A DNA stretch of 63,534 nt, counting the filler, from Bonamia ostreae (Eukaryota): NCBI GenBank assembly GCA_040357525.1. It is 46 parts of 46 records of this genome, joined end to end, with 100 filler letters (N's around TTAATTAATTAA, not from the genome) between each part and the next. Parts side by side here need not be neighbours in the genome. Positions count along the whole stretch, not along the records: positions 62,259 to 63,534 come from JBDODL010002155.1; 45 more parts are not named here. One strand, written 5' to 3'. Shown here one piece after another: positions 63,371 through 63,534 of the stretch; the first letter of the stretch is position 1, and every line of letters begins with the position of its first letter. The position numbers and the translations under genes are program-made. Below the pieces are notes generated by a model. The model was not told the origin of the DNA. It worked only from the letters and a program-made list of their open reading frames with translations, and searched no databases.

Positions 63371-63534
63371 GTCAGTAAATCTAATTCAAGAACAATTATA
63401 TTTAAATGAAATCATTTAGAAGGATTAGTTATGACAATGGACATATCAATTTGATTCATTTAAAATTAACATATTTCCACGATGAAATAATTTGAAACGA
63501 AAATGAAAAGAATCATTTTGTAAAGAAACGTAAA

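Overview
This window is not one locus. It is 46 short contigs (about 1293 to 1276 bp, sorted by decreasing length) joined by an artificial N44-TTAATTAATTAA-N44 spacer with stops in all six frames, so no gene neighbourhood can be inferred across spacers. At least three sources are mixed. (1) A bivalve (oyster-like) host: C1q-domain, fibrinogen-related, Roc-COR and TRIM-like genes, a D8C exon, EnSpm and RecQ-like remnants, and bivalve-type repeats. (2) A compact, AT-rich protist, most plausibly an ascetosporean/haplosporidian (Bonamia-like) parasite; this assignment is inference. Its genes (RPL10A, PDH E1-alpha, CSTF3, NAA15, WDR83, RBM25, PHIP/BRWD, VPS13, an SMP-domain tether, RPB6, mL40, tRNA-Lys) are broken by many 19-25 nt GT-AG introns, mostly with unusual GTT donors, and by a few long introns inflated by private minisatellites. 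(3) One prokaryote/phage-like contig encoding a highly divergent GroEL-type chaperonin. The most interesting signals are the protist's ultra-short, non-canonical intron system; a tRNA-headed, double-hairpin SINE-like element found inside a GC-AG intron with a second diverged copy elsewhere; a tandem PD-(D/E)xK nuclease gene hidden by tiny introns; and the divergent chaperonin. All protein identities come from motif recognition by eye; no searches were run.
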